Shown piece after piece: positions 19,875 to 31,562 of a stretch of DNA of 64,000 nucleotides. Source of the stretch: Burkholderiaceae bacterium (GTDB lineage Bacteria; Pseudomonadota; Gammaproteobacteria; Burkholderiales; Burkholderiaceae_C); assembly GCA_032122355.1 (NCBI GenBank), contig JAUMCS010000060.1, positions 9,312 to 73,311 of the forward strand, read 5' to 3'. A program made the translations under genes and the position numbers. Within the stretch, counting starts at the first letter, position 1. Each line of letters begins with the position of its first letter. The notes below the pieces were generated by a model. It saw only the letters and a program-made list of their open reading frames with translations. It searched no databases and was not told where the DNA came from.

Positions 19875-20507
19875 ATGAATTCCAACACTCAGTACCTTTT
19901 TCTTGCAGGCCCCGTAGGTCAACTTCAGGTAGCCATTGATGAACCCGCGCAAGGGCTGACGCCCGTTGGTGTAGCAGTGATTTGCCACCCCCATCCATTG
20001 CATGGCGGCACGATGCAAAATAAAGTGGTTCAAACCCTGGCTCGCGCCTGCACGCAAAAGGGGTGGCGGAGCATACGCTTTAATTATCGCGGTGTTGATC
20101 AATCTGAAGGCACATGGGATCAGGGCTATGGTGAAACCGACGACGCACTGGCAGTGATGGATGCCTTCCAACAATCTGATCTGCCCTTTGCGCTGGCCGG
20201 ATTTTCGTTTGGTGGCCATGTGGCAGCACGCGCTACCGAAGCTCGCTCACAAAGCGCAGCTCATGGCAATAAATGCATTGATCGCTTGCTCTTGGTGGGC
20301 CCAGCAACCGTGAATTTTGCCGTACCTTCAGTACCCGAACACACTGTGGTGATTCATGGTGAGGCGGATGAGGTCGTACCTTTATCGGGCACCATGAACT
20401 GGGCTCGCCCCCAAAATTTACCTGTGATAGTAGTGCCCGGTGTGGGGCATTTCTTTCACGGACAATTACCCTTACTCAAATCACTGGCCATGCGCTGGTG
20501 GATCTAA
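19875..20507 (+). CDS. alpha/beta-fold hydrolase
   Basis: 210 aa. Nucleophile elbow GFSFGG, with C-terminal His-containing motifs. Confidence 0.6.
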   Translation: MNSNTQYLFLAGPVGQLQVAIDEPAQGLTPVGVAVICHPHPLHGGTMQNKVVQTLARACTQKGWRSIRFNYRGVDQSEGTWDQGYGETDDALAVMDAFQQSDLPFALAGFSFGGHVAARATEARSQSAAHGNKCIDRLLLVGPATVNFAVPSVPEHTVVIHGEADEVVPLSGTMNWARPQNLPVIVVPGVGHFFHGQLPLLKSLAMRWWI

Positions 20508-20522
20508 CTTTTCAGGTTGTTT

Positions 20523-21692
20523 ATGTCATTTCTTCATCGTTTTTTTTCTTGCTGGCTATGTTTCTTACTGGGCTCGGGTGTGGTGCAGGCTCAAACCTTG
20601 AATGTGCCTTCAACTCCTGAATTGGCGGCTAAGGCGTATTTTTTATGGGACATGACCACCGGACAAGTTCTGGCTGAGCATAATGCCGACGTACCGAATG
20701 ACCCCGCATCGCTCACCAAGCTGATGACGGCATACTTGGTATTTCAGGCCTTAAAAGATAAAAAAATTCAGCTACAACAAACCGTAGCCATCTCGAATCG
20801 GGCCTGGGATGAGCGCAAAGGTGATCCATCACTGATGTTCATTGATACCACGATGCTGCCCACAGTCGATGAACTTCTTAAAGGCATGATTGTCCAATCC
20901 GGCAATGATGCTTCGGTAGCTCTGGCAGAATCAGTATCCGGTAGCGTAGAAAATTTTGTCGCTAGTATGAACCGTCAGGCTCAGGCTTTCGGCTTAAAAA
21001 ATACCGAGTTCCGTAATGTCACCGGCATGACACAAGCGGGACACCGAACCACCGCGCGGGATATTGGCACGATTGCGGCTCGTATCATTCAAGATTTTCC
21101 CGAGTACTACCATTACTACTCCATCCCTGAGTTTACTTTTAACAAAATTCGGCAGGACAATCGCAATCTTTTGCTGCGGCGTGACCCCACCGTTGATGGC
21201 ATGAAAACGGGTTATACCGATGCTGCCGGTTACTGCTTGGTCACCAGCGCACGTCGCGAATTTCCGAACGGCAAACGACGCCTGGTTTCAGTGGTCATGG
21301 GTACGGCCTCTCGTGAAGCGCGCGCCAATGAAAGCCAAAAGCTTCTCAACTGGGGCTTTACCGCTTGGGATGCCATTCGCTTATTTGATAACGATAAACC
21401 GATTGCCACCCCCGCTGTGTGGAAAGGGGCTTCCAATCAAGTGAAACTGGGGGTAAGAAGTGGTGCCATGATCAGTATCCCGCGTGGCGAGGCACAAGGG
21501 TTGCAAACTCGGATTGAAAGACAGGAACCGCTTGTCGCTCCTTTGTTAAAAGGACAACGTGTGGGCACGATTAAGGTCAGTACGCCCCGTGGCGCGGCTG
21601 TGGCCGACATTCCTTTGATTGTATTGGAGCCGGTGCCTGAGGCAGGTTGGCTTGGTCGTGCTTGGGATACACTGCGTTTATGGATTCAATAA
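20523..21692 (+). CDS. dacC: D-alanyl-D-alanine carboxypeptidase (PBP5/6 family)
   Basis: Signal peptide, SxxK motif (ASLTKLMT), SGN motif (QSGNDA), KTG motif (MKTGYT). The track starts at a TTG at 20517; the ATG at 20523 is preferred. Confidence 0.9.
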   Translation: MSFLHRFFSCWLCFLLGSGVVQAQTLNVPSTPELAAKAYFLWDMTTGQVLAEHNADVPNDPASLTKLMTAYLVFQALKDKKIQLQQTVAISNRAWDERKGDPSLMFIDTTMLPTVDELLKGMIVQSGNDASVALAESVSGSVENFVASMNRQAQAFGLKNTEFRNVTGMTQAGHRTTARDIGTIAARIIQDFPEYYHYYSIPEFTFNKIRQDNRNLLLRRDPTVDGMKTGYTDAAGYCLVTSARREFPNGKRRLVSVVMGTASREARANESQKLLNWGFTAWDAIRLFDNDKPIATPAVWKGASNQVKLGVRSGAMISIPRGEAQGLQTRIERQEPLVAPLLKGQRVGTIKVSTPRGAAVADIPLIVLEPVPEAGWLGRAWDTLRLWIQ

Positions 21693-21967
21693 CACCGCCA
21701 TCAAACGAGCGCACCAGCCTCATTGATTACCCCTGTGATTTCCCCATCAAAGTGATGGGGCTGAATGTTGCGGGTTTTACAGATGCCATGGTTGCCGTTG
21801 CATGCCAGTTTGACCCTCAGTTTGATCGTGGGCGCATCGAAACGCGCCCCAGCAAGGCCGGCAATTATCTAGGCCTTACCCTGCATATTTGGGCCACCAG
21901 TCGTGAACAACTGGATGCGCTGTACCAAACTTTGTGTACACACCCCATGGTGAAAGTGGTTTTATAA
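21680..21967 (+). CDS. ybeD: YbeD-like DUF493 protein
   Basis: The DYPCDFPIKVMG motif and its position between dacC and lipB give the conserved dac-ybeD-lipB order. The ATG at 21680 overlaps the dacC end; the track's start at 21647 is probably too far upstream. Confidence 0.75.
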   Translation: MDSITPPSNERTSLIDYPCDFPIKVMGLNVAGFTDAMVAVACQFDPQFDRGRIETRPSKAGNYLGLTLHIWATSREQLDALYQTLCTHPMVKVVL

Positions 21968-21977
21968 CGACGCTTGA

Positions 21978-22658
21978 ATGATGCAAGTACATTATTTAGG
22001 CCGCCAGCCCTACCTGGAAACAGTGCAGGCCATGCAAGCTTGGACCCTGCAACGCACTCCCATAACCGAGGATGAGCTCTGGTTAGTCGAACACGATCCT
22101 GTATACACCCAAGGGGTAGCGGGCAAGCCTGAGCATGTGCTGAAAGATACATCTATACCCGTGGTGCCCACCAATCGTGGGGGGCAAGTAACCTACCATG
22201 GCCCTGGTCAGGTCGTAGCCTACCCCTTAATCGATTTAAAACGCTTACATATTTATGTGAAAGAGTATGTGTATAGGCTTGAAGCCAGCGTTCTAGCAGT
22301 GCTCGAGCACCTTGGCATTACCGGCCATCGAATTGCTGGCGCGCCCGGTATTTATGTGCGCTATGCGGACCCACAATCTCATGCTGCCTTGAATAAAACT
22401 GCAGAATCTCCTGGCTTCAGCGGCTTGGGGAAAATTGCCGCTTTGGGTATTAAGGTTTCTCAACATTACACCTATCACGGTTTGGCCTTGAATGTAGCCA
22501 TGGATTTAAAACCTTTTGAAGGCATCAACCCTTGTGGCTATGCAGGCTTGCGTACACTAGACTTAGCAAGCCTAGGTGTAAATTGCAGTTGGGAAGAAGC
22601 CGCCCTTCTACTAAGCCAACAGCTTCAAGCTAAACTCAGCCCTCTTCATTTTCAATAA
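21978..22658 (+). CDS. lipB: octanoyltransferase (lipoate-protein ligase B)
   Basis: 226 aa with the [13 protein letters not shown] motif. Confidence 0.9.
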   Translation: MMQVHYLGRQPYLETVQAMQAWTLQRTPITEDELWLVEHDPVYTQGVAGKPEHVLKDTSIPVVPTNRGGQVTYHGPGQVVAYPLIDLKRLHIYVKEYVYRLEASVLAVLEHLGITGHRIAGAPGIYVRYADPQSHAALNKTAESPGFSGLGKIAALGIKVSQHYTYHGLALNVAMDLKPFEGINPCGYAGLRTLDLASLGVNCSWEEAALLLSQQLQAKLSPLHFQ

Positions 22659-22664
22659 ATCACG

Positions 22665-25613
22665 ATGTCTGCTCACCCATTCAACCACCCTGCCTTGCAT
22701 ACCCAGTTGGTGGTGCGCGGAGCTCGAACCCATAATTTAAAAAATGTCGATATTGACATACCCAAATATGCACTGGTGGTGATCACAGGGCTTTCAGGTT
22801 CGGGTAAATCGAGTTTGGCTTTTGATACGCTGTACGCCGAAGGCCAGCGGCGCTATGTAGAAAGTTTATCGACCTACGCACGTCAATTTCTGCAACTGAT
22901 GGATAAGCCTGATGTCGATGTCATCGAGGGCCTCAGCCCAGCGATTGCGATTGAACAAAAAGCCACCAGTCACAATCCGCGCTCAACCGTGGGTACCATC
23001 ACGGAAATTCATGATTATTTACGCTTGCTGTATGCACGCGCAGGCACTCCTTATTGCCCCGAGCACGATGCACCCCTAGCCGCTACGCCCGTAGCGCAAA
23101 TGGTTGATGAGTTGATGCAAATGGCAGAAGGATCACGCTGGATGATATTGGCACCAGTGGCACGACAGATGCAAGGGAGCTTGGGCCGATTCATGGAAGA
23201 ATGGCAATCCCGCGGATATGTGCGCTTTCGTATTACTCTGGCCAATGGCTCACCGGAGATTATGGAAACGGTGCCATCAGCCGCTTTGGAATCAGAAGTC
23301 ACATTTGATGCAGATGTGGTGATCGATCGCATTCGTACTCGCAGTGATGACCCCAACTTGCGGCAACGTTTGGCCGAGAGTTTTGAAGCCGCTTTACGCC
23401 TAAGCAACGGACGCGCGATTGCTGCTGAGATGGAGTCGGAATTGAGCACGCAAGCCCCACATGAATGGATGTACTCACGCACCTACGCCTGCCCGCATTG
23501 CAGTTATACCTTACCCGAACTGGAGCCACGGCTTTTCTCGTTTAATTCCCCAATCGGGGCTTGCACCCAATGCGACGGCCTAGGCCAACTGATGAGCTTC
23601 GATGAGAAGCGGGTAGTTGCATTTCCTGAATTGAGCTTGGCCAGTGGCGCCATCAAAGGCTGGGATCGCCGAAATGACTATACATTTGGCCAGCTCGAGG
23701 CGCTTGCCAAGCATTATGGTTTTGATTTGGAAGATGCTTTTGAAAGTCTCAGCCCCCAACATCAACGGGTGATATTGCACGGCTCAGGGGAAGAACACAT
23801 CAGCTTTACTTACTCTGCTGAAGGTGCCAATGGCAAACGCCGTCAGGTGAAACGTCAGCACCCATTCGAGGGGGTGATTCCCACACTCGAACGTCGCTGG
23901 CGCGAGACGGATGTGCCCGCTGTTCGTGAGGATTTGGGGCGTATGCAAACGATGCAGCCTTGCCCACTATGTCACGGACACCGGCTTAAACGCGAAGCAC
24001 GACATGTATTTCTACAGCACCACAATGGCGAACGCGGACACCCGATTTATACCGTGGGTCAAATGACACTGGCAGCTTGCCGGTCTTATTTTGATGCTTT
24101 GCAATTGCGCGGCTCAAAAGCCGATATTGCACAAAAGGTGATCAATGAAATTCGCTCACGCCTGCGCTTTCTAACTGATGTGGGCCTGACGTACCTGAGC
24201 CTAGACCGCAGTGCGGATACGCTCTCGGGTGGTGAAGCTCAGCGTATTCGCCTGGCCAGTCAGATTGGGTCGGGCTTAACCGGTGTGATGTATGTACTGG
24301 ATGAACCCAGTATCGGCCTGCATCAGCGTGATAATGAGCGGCTTATTCATACGCTCAAACATTTGCGTGATTTAGGCAATAGTGTGATTGTGGTCGAGCA
24401 TGATGAGGACATGATACGCACCGCCGATTACGTGATTGACATGGGGCCTGGTGCGGGCGTGCACGGCGGGCAGGTGATGGCGCAGGGAAGCCCAGCCGAA
24501 GTGATCGCCAACCCTGATTCATTAACCGGACAATACCTCGGACATGCATTGCGCATTGCCGTTCCGACACAGCGCAAAAGCCCACCCAAAAGCAAACTGA
24601 ACAACCCCAGCCATTTACGTATCATCGGAGCTAGCGGCAACAACTTGCAAAATGTGAGTGTCGATATTCCCATTGGGGTGCTGACTTGTGTGACTGGTGT
24701 TTCAGGGTCAGGTAAGAGTACGCTCATTAATGATACTTTGTATGCAGTGGTTGCGCGCCAGCTTTACGGCAGTCAGCTTGAGCCTCAACCTTATGACAGC
24801 ATTGAGGGCTTAGAGGCTTTTGATAAAGTGATCAATGTCGATCAAAGCCCTATTGGGCGCACCCCTCGCAGTAACCCCGCCACCTATACCGGCGTTTTTA
24901 CCGCCATACGTGATTTATACACCGAGGTACCCAGTGCTCGTGAACGCGGCTATGGCCCTGGACGATTTTCATTCAACGTGGCTGCCAGCAGTGGCGGTGG
25001 CCGCTGTGAAAGCTGTCAGGGTGATGGGGTCGTGAAAGTGGAAATGCATTTTCTTCCCGACGTGTACGTTCCCTGTGATGTGTGCCATGGGGCACGCTAC
25101 AACCGTGAGACATTAGAAATTATTTATCGGGGCAAGAATATTTCGGAGGTTCTGGATTTAACGGTGGAGGATGCCTATGCATTTTTTCAGGCTATTCCCG
25201 CCATCGCACGCAAACTACAAACCCTGCTGGAAGTCGGACTGGGTTATATCAAACTAGGACAAAGTGCCCTGACCTTATCCGGTGGTGAAGCGCAAAGGGT
25301 TAAGTTGGCGCTAGAGTTATCGAAACGCGATACAGGGCGCACGCTGTATATTTTGGATGAACCCACAACGGGTCTGCATTTTCATGACATCGCCTTGCTT
25401 CTGAAAGTGCTAGAGCAATTGCGCGATGCGGGCAATACCATTGTCATCATCGAACATAATTTAGATGTGATTAAAACGGCTGATTGGATTATTGACATAG
25501 GACCAGAAGGGGGCAGTGGCGGCGGTCAAGTTGTTGCCGTGGGCACACCTGAGGCTGTCGCAGCTTGCCCGCAAAGCCATACCGGAAAGTTTTTGAAAAC
25601 ACTACTCCCATGA
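22665..25613 (+). CDS. uvrA: excinuclease ABC subunit A
   Basis: 982 aa. Two ABC ATPase modules ([20 protein letters not shown]), LSGGEAQR signatures and Zn-finger cysteines. Confidence 0.97.
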   Translation: MSAHPFNHPALHTQLVVRGARTHNLKNVDIDIPKYALVVITGLSGSGKSSLAFDTLYAEGQRRYVESLSTYARQFLQLMDKPDVDVIEGLSPAIAIEQKATSHNPRSTVGTITEIHDYLRLLYARAGTPYCPEHDAPLAATPVAQMVDELMQMAEGSRWMILAPVARQMQGSLGRFMEEWQSRGYVRFRITLANGSPEIMETVPSAALESEVTFDADVVIDRIRTRSDDPNLRQRLAESFEAALRLSNGRAIAAEMESELSTQAPHEWMYSRTYACPHCSYTLPELEPRLFSFNSPIGACTQCDGLGQLMSFDEKRVVAFPELSLASGAIKGWDRRNDYTFGQLEALAKHYGFDLEDAFESLSPQHQRVILHGSGEEHISFTYSAEGANGKRRQVKRQHPFEGVIPTLERRWRETDVPAVREDLGRMQTMQPCPLCHGHRLKREARHVFLQHHNGERGHPIYTVGQMTLAACRSYFDALQLRGSKADIAQKVINEIRSRLRFLTDVGLTYLSLDRSADTLSGGEAQRIRLASQIGSGLTGVMYVLDEPSIGLHQRDNERLIHTLKHLRDLGNSVIVVEHDEDMIRTADYVIDMGPGAGVHGGQVMAQGSPAEVIANPDSLTGQYLGHALRIAVPTQRKSPPKSKLNNPSHLRIIGASGNNLQNVSVDIPIGVLTCVTGVSGSGKSTLINDTLYAVVARQLYGSQLEPQPYDSIEGLEAFDKVINVDQSPIGRTPRSNPATYTGVFTAIRDLYTEVPSARERGYGPGRFSFNVAASSGGGRCESCQGDGVVKVEMHFLPDVYVPCDVCHGARYNRETLEIIYRGKNISEVLDLTVEDAYAFFQAIPAIARKLQTLLEVGLGYIKLGQSALTLSGGEAQRVKLALELSKRDTGRTLYILDEPTTGLHFHDIALLLKVLEQLRDAGNTIVIIEHNLDVIKTADWIIDIGPEGGSGGGQVVAVGTPEAVAACPQSHTGKFLKTLLP

Positions 25614-26050
25614 GTGCCTTACCCACCGAAATACCCTCCGCGACGAAGGTAGAGTTACCGCAACATCTCACGCTGGTATTGCGTATCACCCCCATGCCTG
25701 AAAATTGTAATTTTGACGGTGATATTTTTGGGGGTTGGGTCATGGCACAAATTGACCTTGCAGGCGCAGTCATGGCCGCACGTCGTGCGGCGGGTCGCAT
25801 TGCAACCATCGCCGTGAATGAAATGGTGTTCAAACAACCTGTTCGGGTAGGCGATCTACTCAGCTTTTATGCGGAAATTGTACGTACGGGTCATACTTCA
25901 GTCACTGTGCGGATTGAAGTGTATGCGCAGCGGCTGCATGACGATACCAATCATGGGGTGAAAGTCACCGAGGCTACCTTAACTTATGTGGCAACCAATA
26001 GCGAAGGTCGACCACGGGCTTTACCCGCCGAGGAAGTCAAGCCCATTTGA
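25610..26050 (+). CDS. acyl-CoA thioesterase (hotdog fold, YciA-like)
   Basis: MSALPTE... starts in an ATGA overlap with the uvrA stop. The hotdog-fold pattern ([19 protein letters not shown] ... [12 protein letters not shown]) is typical of YciA-type thioesterases. Confidence 0.75.
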   Translation: MSALPTEIPSATKVELPQHLTLVLRITPMPENCNFDGDIFGGWVMAQIDLAGAVMAARRAAGRIATIAVNEMVFKQPVRVGDLLSFYAEIVRTGHTSVTVRIEVYAQRLHDDTNHGVKVTEATLTYVATNSEGRPRALPAEEVKPI

Positions 26051-26052
26051 CC

Positions 26053-28386
26053 TTAAGTTCTCATAGCCCTCATGGCAAATGGCCACGGCCATAACAGCCC
26101 CACAGCCAACATCAAGTTACTGCCAACAAGCAATGCCATGACCGCCCAGGTTTCAGCACCCAAGCTCCAGCCCAACGCTCGCACCCCTGCCGCACCTAAC
26201 ACCACGAATACGGCCATCAAGGCACCCCAGCGCACACCCGCACCCAATACCTTGGTACCCATCAACTCAAGGCTGAGGGCTTGCGGAGGGCTTTGCATTT
26301 GATTGGCCTGAGCGGGTCGGCGCTCAAACACAATGGAACACATGGGATCAATCACCAACTCTAACAAGGCAATTTGTGCTGGTGCCAACCACATCGGGCC
26401 GCCCATCACCACCGGCCATAAGGCTAAAACAGCAATAGGTACATGAACTGCGACCACATATACCATGACTAGCCGCAAATTGGCATCTAAACGCCGTGCC
26501 TGAGCAATGGCCTTGACTAAAGAAGGGAAATCATCTTTTTCCAAGATTAAATCAGCCGCCTCGCGGGCCACATCCGTACCCCGTTTGCCCATGGCAATAC
26601 CGATATTGGCCGCCTTAAGTGCGGGTGCGTCATTCACGCCGTCACCCGTCATGGCCACGATGGCACCTTGTTTTTGCAACGCTTGCACAATGCGTAATTT
26701 ATGCTCGGGCCAGGCCCTTGCCACCACACGGGCCTGGGCCGAAAGGGGCTGCCACAGTTGAGATACCCAAACCGATGCGTTTTGCGCATGCAAATCTTGC
26801 CCCAAGGTGATCGGTAAATCATCCCCCATACCACAAGCTCGGGCAATAGAAGCGGCTGTTACCGGGTGATCTCCTGTGATCATGATCACAGCAATGCCTG
26901 CCTGCCGGCATTGCGCAACGGCTTCTACTACTCCGCTGCGCAAAGGGTCAGCCAAGCCTAATAAACCCACACACTTAAAGGCATAATCATGCACCCCATC
27001 ATCTGATTGCCTTTTTTGAAGCAAAGGATGTCCTTGGTGATTTGCCGTTGCATAAGCCAGTGCAATGACACGCAAACCTTCTTGCGCCAAAGCTTGCACT
27101 TGTTGCGTGTAGACTTGTAACTGATCCGTGGAGAAATGACATAACTGCGCAATGGCCTCAGGGGCACCTTTGGCTGTTGCGTAAACGTGTGATGCATCTG
27201 CCCACAAGCGCGTGATCACCATCAATTCAGGTTCTAAACCATATTCATGCAATAACTCAGGCGGCGAAATAGGCGACGCTACTTGAGGCTCGGCCCAAGC
27301 GCGTATAGCGCGTTCCATGGCATCGGGGCTGTGTGGCACCGATGCACCGAATGCCGTGAGCGCCATGGCGCTAGCTGCGGACTGTTCAGATGGTGATTTT
27401 TCCCAAACCTGGGATTTTTCAACACGCATTTGATTTTCAGTCAGGGTGCCCGTTTTATCGACGCACAGCACCGATACCGAACCTAGGACTTGCAAAGCAC
27501 CTAAATGCCGCGTCAGCAAACCCATATGAGCCAAACGCCACGCGGTGAGGGCGGTAAAAATAGCCAATACCACCGGAACCTCTTCTGGCACCATACCCAT
27601 AGCCAATGCCAAACCACTCAAGCCCGCTTGCAACCAATTACCACTGCGCCAACCCAAGGCCAATAGCACGATGAGGCAGACGATTAAACCCATCAACCCC
27701 AAGTAGCGCACCAAGCGCTGACTTTGCTGCTGCAAAGGACTAGGGGCATCGGTGATATTTAATAAGCTCAAACCGATCTGCCCCATGCGTGTTTGCGTAC
27801 CCGTAGCTTGAACCCTTGCCCAACCCTCGCCCCTCACCACCAAAGTACCCGCCCATACACGGTCTTGCTGCTCATTCGTACACAATAGCGTTTTATCTAC
27901 TGGTACGGATTCACCCGTCAACATCGACTCATCGACCTGCAAATATTTGGCTTGCAAAAGCTGTGCATCCGCAGCAATGCGCTGCCCCTCAGACAGTACC
28001 AATATATCGCCCACAACTACATTTGCCGTAGGTATTTGGTGCCGCTGACCATCACGCCAAACCCATGTCAGTGGACGTGATAAATCTTTCAGCGCCTCCA
28101 GTGCGCGTTCGGTACGATGTTGTTGCACAACGCTGATCAGTGCAATCACGGCCATAGCCCCGACCAAGATGGCTGCATCGTGCGGGTCCCCCAGTGCCAC
28201 ATACAAAGCACCGCATACTGCGAGCATCAACAACATTGGCTCACGCCACATTGTACTTAACGCATACAACCAGTGATGTCGATGTGCCTCAGGTAGGGCA
28301 TTGGGGCCGGTGCGCTTCAGGCGTTGGGTCGCCTCCAAGGTGGTTAAACCTATGCCAATCGCATCCATGGTCGGGGGTTCTGTCAT
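26053..28386 (-). CDS. cation-transporting P-type ATPase (P2-like)
   Basis: 777 aa with TGES (LTGESVPV), DKTGTLT, and GDGVNDAPAL motifs. Ion specificity cannot be determined from sequence by eye. Confidence 0.85.
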   Translation of the reverse strand: MTEPPTMDAIGIGLTTLEATQRLKRTGPNALPEAHRHHWLYALSTMWREPMLLMLAVCGALYVALGDPHDAAILVGAMAVIALISVVQQHRTERALEALKDLSRPLTWVWRDGQRHQIPTANVVVGDILVLSEGQRIAADAQLLQAKYLQVDESMLTGESVPVDKTLLCTNEQQDRVWAGTLVVRGEGWARVQATGTQTRMGQIGLSLLNITDAPSPLQQQSQRLVRYLGLMGLIVCLIVLLALGWRSGNWLQAGLSGLALAMGMVPEEVPVVLAIFTALTAWRLAHMGLLTRHLGALQVLGSVSVLCVDKTGTLTENQMRVEKSQVWEKSPSEQSAASAMALTAFGASVPHSPDAMERAIRAWAEPQVASPISPPELLHEYGLEPELMVITRLWADASHVYATAKGAPEAIAQLCHFSTDQLQVYTQQVQALAQEGLRVIALAYATANHQGHPLLQKRQSDDGVHDYAFKCVGLLGLADPLRSGVVEAVAQCRQAGIAVIMITGDHPVTAASIARACGMGDDLPITLGQDLHAQNASVWVSQLWQPLSAQARVVARAWPEHKLRIVQALQKQGAIVAMTGDGVNDAPALKAANIGIAMGKRGTDVAREAADLILEKDDFPSLVKAIAQARRLDANLRLVMVYVVAVHVPIAVLALWPVVMGGPMWLAPAQIALLELVIDPMCSIVFERRPAQANQMQSPPQALSLELMGTKVLGAGVRWGALMAVFVVLGAAGVRALGWSLGAETWAVMALLVGSNLMLAVGLLWPWPFAMRAMRT

Positions 28387-28431
28387 CGCCCTAGTTTCGA
28401 TGAACCCGGGCTACTCTGTCATTGCGCAGGG

Positions 28432-30429
28432 TCAGCCTTGCAATAGTTTTTGCTCTGCCAAAGCCAAGGCATCAGGGCGGCCTGATAGCACCAAGGTATC
28501 ACCTGTTTGCAAATCTATTTCAGTGTTCGCTTGCATAACCACACCAGAAACTTTACGCACGGAAACCACTTGAACTTCAAGCTCCACCAGCCTTTGCTGG
28601 CTCAATGTCTGCCCGATACACGCCGCGCCCGAGGCCAAATTAATCGTGTAGAGGCGGGCTTGCTCTAGCTCTTCCACCGTATCGTCATCGGCCCCATGGA
28701 AATAGCCACGCAATAAACTATAGCGAGCATCGCGCGCATCGCGGGTGATTCGAATCACTCGGCGCATAGGCACACCCACCAAGGCCAAGGCATGGCTAGC
28801 AAGCATCAATGAACCCTCAAGAGCCTCAGGCACTACCTCCGTAGCACCTGCTGCACGTAAAATTTCCAGATCGCCATCATCAATCGTGCGCACAACCACG
28901 GGCACTTTGGGTGCGCGCTCCCGCACCAACGAGAGTATTTTCAAGGCGGAGGGGGTGCTTTGATAGGTAATGACAACGGCACTGGCGCGCACCAAACCTG
29001 CTGCCATCAGGCTTTGTATTCGTGCAGCATCACCAAACACCACGTTTTGTCCGGCTGCAGTGGCTTGGCGCACTCGATCCGGGTCAAGATCCAGTGCCAT
29101 GTAGGGAATATGCTCACGCTCCAGAATGCGAGCTAAGTTTTGACCACTGCGACCATAACCGGCAATGATAATATGCGCTGATGCATGAATGGATTTTCGG
29201 GCAATCGCCGTGATTTGCAACGACTGCAAGAACCAATCACTGGCCACAAAATGCCCAACGATTCGATTGGTATTGAGAATTAAAAATGGCGTTAACAACA
29301 TCGACAACACCATACTGGCCAGAACCGGGCTAGTCCATTGCGGCGCAATGAGTTGTTGCGCTTCTCCTAATGTGAGCAAAACAAAACCAAATTCACCGGC
29401 TTGCGCCAAGTAAAGCCCCGTCCGCCAAGCGACACCCGTTTCTGCTCGAAATAAGCGTGCCAATAGGGTTACCAATACCGCTTTAGCCATCACCGGTATC
29501 AAAGTCAATATCAATACCAAGTACCACTGGCTAATAATGGGCCGCCAATCAAGCTTCATTCCAATAGTAATAAAAAATAAGCCCAGCAATACATCATGGA
29601 AAGGGCGTATATCCGTTTCGACTTGGTGCTTGAACTCCGTTTCTGCAATCAGCATTCCAGCCACGAATGCCCCCAGAGCCATGGATAAACCGGCCAACTC
29701 AGTCAACCAAGCCAGCCCCAGGGTAATGAGCAAAATATTCAATACAAACAATTCTTCACTTTTGCGCCGTGCAACTATCGTGAGCCACCTACGCATCAAG
29801 CGCTGCCCACCTGCGAGCAAAAGTACCAGCAATAATGCAGCTTTCAAAACTGCCCAACTGGTGGCAGTGACTAAATTTTCTGTCCCTGTTGACAAAGCGG
29901 GTATCAACACCAATAACGGTACTACGGCTAGATCTTGGAAAAGCAAAACCGCCATCACCCGTTTGCCATGCTCGCTTTCAAGCTCTAGCCTCTCGGCCAT
30001 CATCTTCACCACAATGGCCGTGCTGCTCATGGCCATAGCCCCGCCAAGCACCAATGCACCCTGCCAAGCAAGCTCCCACTTCACGCCCCAAAAAGCAAAC
30101 AAAGCCTGGAGCAATGCATTACCGATAATGGCACCTAAGATCGTTAATACGACCTGAAATAGGCCCAGGCCAAAAACTTGCATACGCATACTGCGCAGTT
30201 TGGGCAAATTGAATTCCAAACCAATTACAAACATCAAAAACACCACGCCAAATTCCGCAAGATGCTTCACACTTTCTGAATCATGGGCCAACCCCAGTGC
30301 ATGAGGGCCAATGGCGACCCCAACGGTCAAGTATCCCAGTATGGGTGGCAAACGCCACAAACGGCAAACCACCACCCCCAGCACTGCGGCAATAAGATAT
30401 AACAATGTCAGCTCAAGGGATGTTGCCAT
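28432..30429 (-). CDS. monovalent cation:proton antiporter-2 (CPA2) family protein with TrkA-N/TrkA-C domains (KefB/YbaL-like)
   Basis: 665 aa. It has a polytopic N-terminal half, a Rossmann motif (IIIAGYGRSGQ) and a C-terminal TrkA-C-like domain. Confidence 0.85.
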   Translation of the reverse strand: MATSLELTLLYLIAAVLGVVVCRLWRLPPILGYLTVGVAIGPHALGLAHDSESVKHLAEFGVVFLMFVIGLEFNLPKLRSMRMQVFGLGLFQVVLTILGAIIGNALLQALFAFWGVKWELAWQGALVLGGAMAMSSTAIVVKMMAERLELESEHGKRVMAVLLFQDLAVVPLLVLIPALSTGTENLVTATSWAVLKAALLLVLLLAGGQRLMRRWLTIVARRKSEELFVLNILLITLGLAWLTELAGLSMALGAFVAGMLIAETEFKHQVETDIRPFHDVLLGLFFITIGMKLDWRPIISQWYLVLILTLIPVMAKAVLVTLLARLFRAETGVAWRTGLYLAQAGEFGFVLLTLGEAQQLIAPQWTSPVLASMVLSMLLTPFLILNTNRIVGHFVASDWFLQSLQITAIARKSIHASAHIIIAGYGRSGQNLARILEREHIPYMALDLDPDRVRQATAAGQNVVFGDAARIQSLMAAGLVRASAVVITYQSTPSALKILSLVRERAPKVPVVVRTIDDGDLEILRAAGATEVVPEALEGSLMLASHALALVGVPMRRVIRITRDARDARYSLLRGYFHGADDDTVEELEQARLYTINLASGAACIGQTLSQQRLVELEVQVVSVRKVSGVVMQANTEIDLQTGDTLVLSGRPDALALAEQKLLQG

Positions 30430-30539
30430 GAAGGTTTTGATGCAGATACAGAAAGAATGATGGTGAAATGAGTTCCAGAAGCCTTAAGTATCCCTAAAAT
30501 CAAAGCATCATTCACATTTATGTACCGCTAGTTTTCACT

Positions 30540-31562
30540 ATGATGCCTAATACTCACCCCACTGAGCCCAGCGCCCCCGAGCCGGATGGGCATTCAGCGC
30601 TTTATTGGGCACGCCAAACGCTCACGATTGAGGCACAAGCTTTATTGGCGGCACGTGATGCCATGGATGAATCATTCACTCAAGCGGTTGATCTACTGCG
30701 GGCTGTGAAAGGCCATGTAGTGGTCACGGGCATGGGCAAAAGCGGTCATGTGGGCCGCAAAATGGCAGCCACTCTGGCTTCGACCGGTACGCCTGCGATG
30801 TTTGTCCACCCCGCTGAGGCCAGTCATGGAGATTTGGGGATGATCACATCGGATGATGCTGTCATAGCCCTAAGCCAATCCGGTCAGAGCGAAGAAATCC
30901 ATGTGATTTTACCTACCCTTAAACGCCTGAATATCCCACTGATAGCCATTACTGGCAATGCCGACTCCCACTTGGCGCGGTATGCCGATGTCACTTTGAG
31001 TAGCGCAGTCGCACAGGAAGCCTGCCCCCTGAATTTGGCACCGACCGCCAGTACCACGGTTCAAATCGCCTTAGGCGATGCCTTGGCTGTGGCGCTATTG
31101 GATGCTCGGGGCTTTCAAGCTGAAGATTTTGCCCGCTCGCACCCCGGGGGGTCACTAGGGCGTAAGCTTTTACTGCGCGTTGGGGATTTAATGCGCAAAG
31201 GTGATGAACTGCCCATAGTGTCGCCCGATGCCGCACTCTCGCATATTCTGAGCGTCATGTCGGCCAAAGGAATGGGTTTTGCGGTGGTAGTTACTGACGA
31301 GCAACAAATGGCGGGCATTTTTACTGACGGCGATTTGCGACGTTTAATTGAACAGGCACAAAATGTGGATGCGCTACGCCAATACTGCGCCCGCGACATC
31401 ATGCACACCACACCCAAAACGATCCGCGAGAATGCCTTGGCTGCTCAGGCTGCTCAACTCATGGAGCAACATCGAGTGACTTCAATTCTCGTACTCAATG
31501 ATGCCGATCAATTGATTGGCGCCATTAACAGCAATGATCTCATGCGTGCAAAGGTGATTTAA
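30540..31562 (+). CDS. kdsD: arabinose-5-phosphate isomerase (SIS + CBS domains)
   Basis: 340 aa. SIS motif VVVTGMGKSGHVGRKMAATLASTGTPA, tandem C-terminal CBS domains, upstream of kdsC-lptCAB. Confidence 0.9.
   Translation: MMPNTHPTEPSAPEPDGHSALYWARQTLTIEAQALLAARDAMDESFTQAVDLLRAVKGHVVVTGMGKSGHVGRKMAATLASTGTPAMFVHPAEASHGDLGMITSDDAVIALSQSGQSEEIHVILPTLKRLNIPLIAITGNADSHLARYADVTLSSAVAQEACPLNLAPTASTTVQIALGDALAVALLDARGFQAEDFARSHPGGSLGRKLLLRVGDLMRKGDELPIVSPDAALSHILSVMSAKGMGFAVVVTDEQQMAGIFTDGDLRRLIEQAQNVDALRQYCARDIMHTTPKTIRENALAAQAAQLMEQHRVTSILVLNDADQLIGAINSNDLMRAKVI

Noticed and set aside
29537-30157. 206-aa + strand ORF, and similar long ORFs at 23,051-23,482, 35,989-36,444, 37,295-37,774, 55,572-56,072 and 49,069-49,482
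   Set aside because: All lie antisense to or out of frame within strongly supported genes (kefB-like, uvrA, rlmL-like, vapC, pilD, aceK/bioA). They have low-complexity Ser/Ala/Arg/Pro-rich translations typical of shadow ORFs.
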